In this document: positions 61,254-64,000 of the stretch, in pieces
How positions within the stretch are numbered: position 1 is the first letter of the stretch
How the letters are laid out: each line of letters opens with the position of its first letter
The notes under the pieces: model-generated
The model's database searches: none
Told to the model about the DNA's origin: nothing
What the model saw: only the letters and a program-made list of their open reading frames with translations
Program-made: the position numbers and the translations under genes
Origin: Malacoraja senta
Taxonomy: Eukaryota
Direction of reading: 5' to 3'
NCBI GenBank assembly: GCA_038087875.1
Contig: CM075990.1
Location: 3,784,001-3,848,000 of the forward strand
Length of the DNA stretch: 64,000 bases

Positions 61254-64000
61254 ACATAGATACATAGATACATAGAAAATAGGTGCAGGAGTAGGCCATT
61301 CGGCCATTCAATATGATCATGGCTGATCATCCAACTCAGTATCCCGTACCTGCCTTCTCTCCATACCACCTGATCCCCTTAGCCACAAGGGCCACATCTA
61401 ACTCCCTCTTAAATATAACCAATGAACTGGCCTCAACTACCCTCTGTGGCAGAGAGTTCCAGAGATTCACCACTATCTGTGTGAAAAGGTTTTTCCTCAT
61501 CTCGGTCTTAAAGGATTTCCCCCTTATCCTTAAGCTGTGACCCCTTGTCCTGGACTTCCCCAACATCGGGAACAATCTTCCTGCATCTAGCCTGTCCAAC
61601 CCCATAAGAATTTTGTACGTTTCTATAAGATCCCCTCTCAATCTCCTAAATTCTAGCGAGTATAAGCCAAGTCTATCCAGTCTTTCTTCATATGAAAGTC
61701 CTGACATCCCAGGAATCAGTCTGGTGAACCTTCTCTGCACTCCCTCTATGGCTATAATGTCCTTCCTCAGATTTGGAGACCAAAACTGTACGCAATACTC
61801 CAGGTGTGGTCTCACCAAGACCCTGTACAACTGCAGTAGAACCTCCCTGCTCCTATACTCAAATCCTCTTGCTATGAAGGCCAGCATACCATTCACTTTC
61901 TTCACTGCCTGCTGCACCTGCATGCCTACTTTCAATGACTGGTGTACCATGACACCCAGGTCTCGCTGCATCTCCCCATTTCCTAATCGGCCACCATTTA
62001 GATAATAGTCTGCCTTCCCGCTTTTGCCACCAAAGTGGATAACCTCACATTTATCCACATTATACTGCATCTGCCAAACATTTGCCCACTCACCCAGCCT
62101 ATCCAAGTCACCTTGCAGTCTCCTAGCATCCTCCTCACAGCTAACACTGTCCCCCAGCTTAGTGTCATCTGCAAACTTGGAGATGTTGCTTTCAATTCCC
62201 TCATCCAGTTCATTAATATAAATTGTAAATAGCTGGGGTCCCAGCACTGAGCCTTGCGGTACCCCACTAGTCACTGCCTGCCATTGTGAAAAGGACCCGT
62301 TTACTCCTACTCTTTGCTTCCCGTTTGCCAGCCAGTTCTCTATCCACATCAATACTGAACCCCCAATACCGTGTGATTTAAGTTTGTATCCTAATCTCTT
62401 ATGTGGTACCTTGTCGAAAGCCTTCTGAAAGTCCAGATACAACACATCCACTGGTTCTCCCCTATCCACTCTACTAGTTACATCCTCGAAAAATTCTATA
62501 AGATTCGTCAGACACGATTTACCTTTCGTAAATCCATGCTGACTTTGTCCAATGATTTCACCACTTTCCATATGTGCTGCTATCCCATCTTTAATAACTG
62601 ACTCTAGCAGTTTCCCCACTACCGATGTTAGACTAACTGGTCTGTAATTCCCCGTTTTCTCTCTCCCTCCCTTCTTAAAAAGTGGGGTTACGTTTGCTAC
62701 CCTCCAATCTTCAGGAACTACTCCAGAATCTAAAGAGTTTTGAAAAATTATCACTAATGCATCCACTATTTCTGGAGCTACTTCCTTAAGTACTCTGGGA
62801 TTCAGCCTATCTGGCCCTGGTGATTTATCGGCCTTTAATCCATTCAATTTACCCAACACCACTTCCCGACTAACCTGGATTTCACTCAGTTCCTCCATCT
62901 CCTTTGACCCGCGGCCCCCTGCTATTTCCGGCAGATTATTTATGTCTTCCTTAGTGAAGACGGAACCAAAGTAGTTATTCAATTGGTCTGCCATATCCTT
63001 GTTCCCCATGATCAATTCACCTGTTTCTGACTGCAAGGATCCTACATTTGTTTTAACTAATCTCTTTCTCTTCACATATCTATAAAAACTTTTGCAGTCA
63101 GTTTTTATGTTCCCTGCCAGTTTCCTTTCATAATCTATTTTCCCTTTCCTAATTAAGCCCTTTGTCCTCCTCTGCTGGTCTCTGAATTTCCCCCAGTCGT
63201 CTGGTATGCTGCTTTTTCTGGCTAATTTGTACGCATCATCTTTTGCTTTGATACTATCCCTGATTTCCCTTGTTATCCACGGATGCAATACCTTCCCTGA
63301 TTTCTTCTTTTGCCAAACTGGGATGAACAATTTTTGTAGTTCATCCATGCAGTCTTTAAATGCCTTCCATTGCATATCCACCGTCAACCCTTTTAGAAGT
63401 AATTGCCAGTCAATCTTGGCCAATTCACGTCTCATACCCTCAAAGTTACCTTTCTTTAAGTTCAGAACCGTTGTTTCTGAATTAACAATGTCACTCTCCA
63501 TCCTAATGAAGAACTCAACCATATTATGGTCACTCTTGCCCAAGGGGGCACGCACAACAAGACTGCTAACTAACCCTTCCTCATTACTCAATACCCAGTC
63601 TAGAATAGCCTGCTCTCTCGTTGGTTCCTCTACATGTTGGTTTAGATAACTATCCCGCATACATTCCAAGAAATCCTCTTCCTCAGCACCCCAGCCAATT
63701 TGATTCACCCAATCTATATGTAGATTGAAGTCACCCATTATAACTGTTTTGCCTTTGTTGCACGCATTTCTAATTTCCTGTTTGATGCCATCCCCAACTT
63801 CACTACTACTGCTAGGTGGCCTGCACACAACACCCACCAGCGTTTTCTGCCCCTTAGTGTTTCGCAGCTCTACCCATACCGATTCCACATCCTCCAAGCT
63901 AATGTCCTTCCTTTCCACTGCGTTAATCTCCTCTCTAACCAGCAACGCTACCCCACCTCCTTTTCCTTTCTCTCTATCCCTCCTGAATATTGAATATCCC
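61254..64000 (-). mobile_element. Young CR1 LINE copy
   Basis: ORF2 plus 3' UTR ending in (acatagat)n on +. Confidence 0.93.
61336..63999 (-). CDS. CR1 (HER1-like) LINE ORF2, APE + RT; uninterrupted, 5' end beyond the window
   Basis: 869-aa ORF that stays open to the window edge (GYSIFRRDREKGKGGGVALL). Motifs GDFN, SDHN, KSPGPD, YRPVSLTS, LDFQKAFD, GVPQGSVLGP, KFADDTKL. Confidence 0.95.
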   Translation of the reverse strand, partial: GYSIFRRDREKGKGGGVALLVREEINAVERKDISLEDVESVWVELRNTKGQKTLVGVVCRPPSSSSEVGDGIKQEIRNACNKGKTVIMGDFNLHIDWVNQIGWGAEEEDFLECMRDSYLNQHVEEPTREQAILDWVLSNEEGLVSSLVVRAPLGKSDHNMVEFFIRMESDIVNSETTVLNLKKGNFEGMRRELAKIDWQLLLKGLTVDMQWKAFKDCMDELQKLFIPVWQKKKSGKVLHPWITREIRDSIKAKDDAYKLARKSSIPDDWGKFRDQQRRTKGLIRKGKIDYERKLAGNIKTDCKSFYRYVKRKRLVKTNVGSLQSETGELIMGNKDMADQLNNYFGSVFTKEDINNLPEIAGGRGSKEMEELSEIQVSREVVLGKLNGLKADKSPGPDRLNPRVLKEVAPEIVDALVIIFQNSLDSGVVPEDWRVANVTPLFKKGGREKTGNYRPVSLTSVVGKLLESVIKDGIAAHMESGEIIGQSQHGFTKGKSCLTNLIEFFEDVTSRVDRGEPVDVLYLDFQKAFDKVPHKRLGYKLKSHGIGGSVLMWIENWLANGKQRVGVNGSFSQWQAVTSGVPQGSVLGPQLFTIYINELDEGIESNISKFADDTKLGDSVSCEEDARRLQGDLDRLGEWANVWQMQYNVDKCEVIHFGGKSGKADYYLNGGRLGNGEMQRDLGVMVHQSLKVGMQVQQAVKKVNGMLAFIARGFEYRSREVLLQLYRVLVRPHLEYCVQFWSPNLRKDIIAIEGVQRRFTRLIPGMSGLSYEERLDRLGLYSLEFRRLRGDLIETYKILMGLDRLDAGRLFPMLGKSRTRGHSLRIRGKSFKTEMRKNLFTQIVVNLWNSLPQRVVEASSLVIFKRELDVALVAKGIRWYGEKAGTGY

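Overview
Vertebrate genomic DNA made up almost entirely of transposable elements. The V-domain tRNA-derived SINE (HE1-like) sharing a tail with CR1/HER1 LINEs, together with Rex/Babar and Penelope remnants, points to a cartilaginous fish, probably a skate or ray (inference). No host gene could be identified; there are only weak exon candidates. Main elements: (1) a full-length but frameshifted Tx1-clade LINE (1834-8423, minus) inserted with a target-site duplication (TSD) into a TIR-bearing non-autonomous DNA element, the same arrangement as Xenopus Tx1L in Tx1D; (2) dozens of Penelope pseudo-LTR remnants carrying minimal type-I hammerhead ribozyme motifs (CTGAAGA-stem-GAAACGTC), found as palindromes, as tandem pairs, and captured inside a MITE; (3) several MITE families sharing an AGSSSCTGTCCCAC terminus whose 3-bp flanks often do not match (TAA...TTA); (4) an internally deleted CsRn1-type Gypsy element with a tRNA-Trp PBS; (5) a solo LTR, a Vingi-like 3' fragment, hAT MITEs (one filled with TTAGGG-like repeats) and an uninterrupted CR1 ORF2 running off the right edge. 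All family assignments come from motif recognition by eye; no database search was run.
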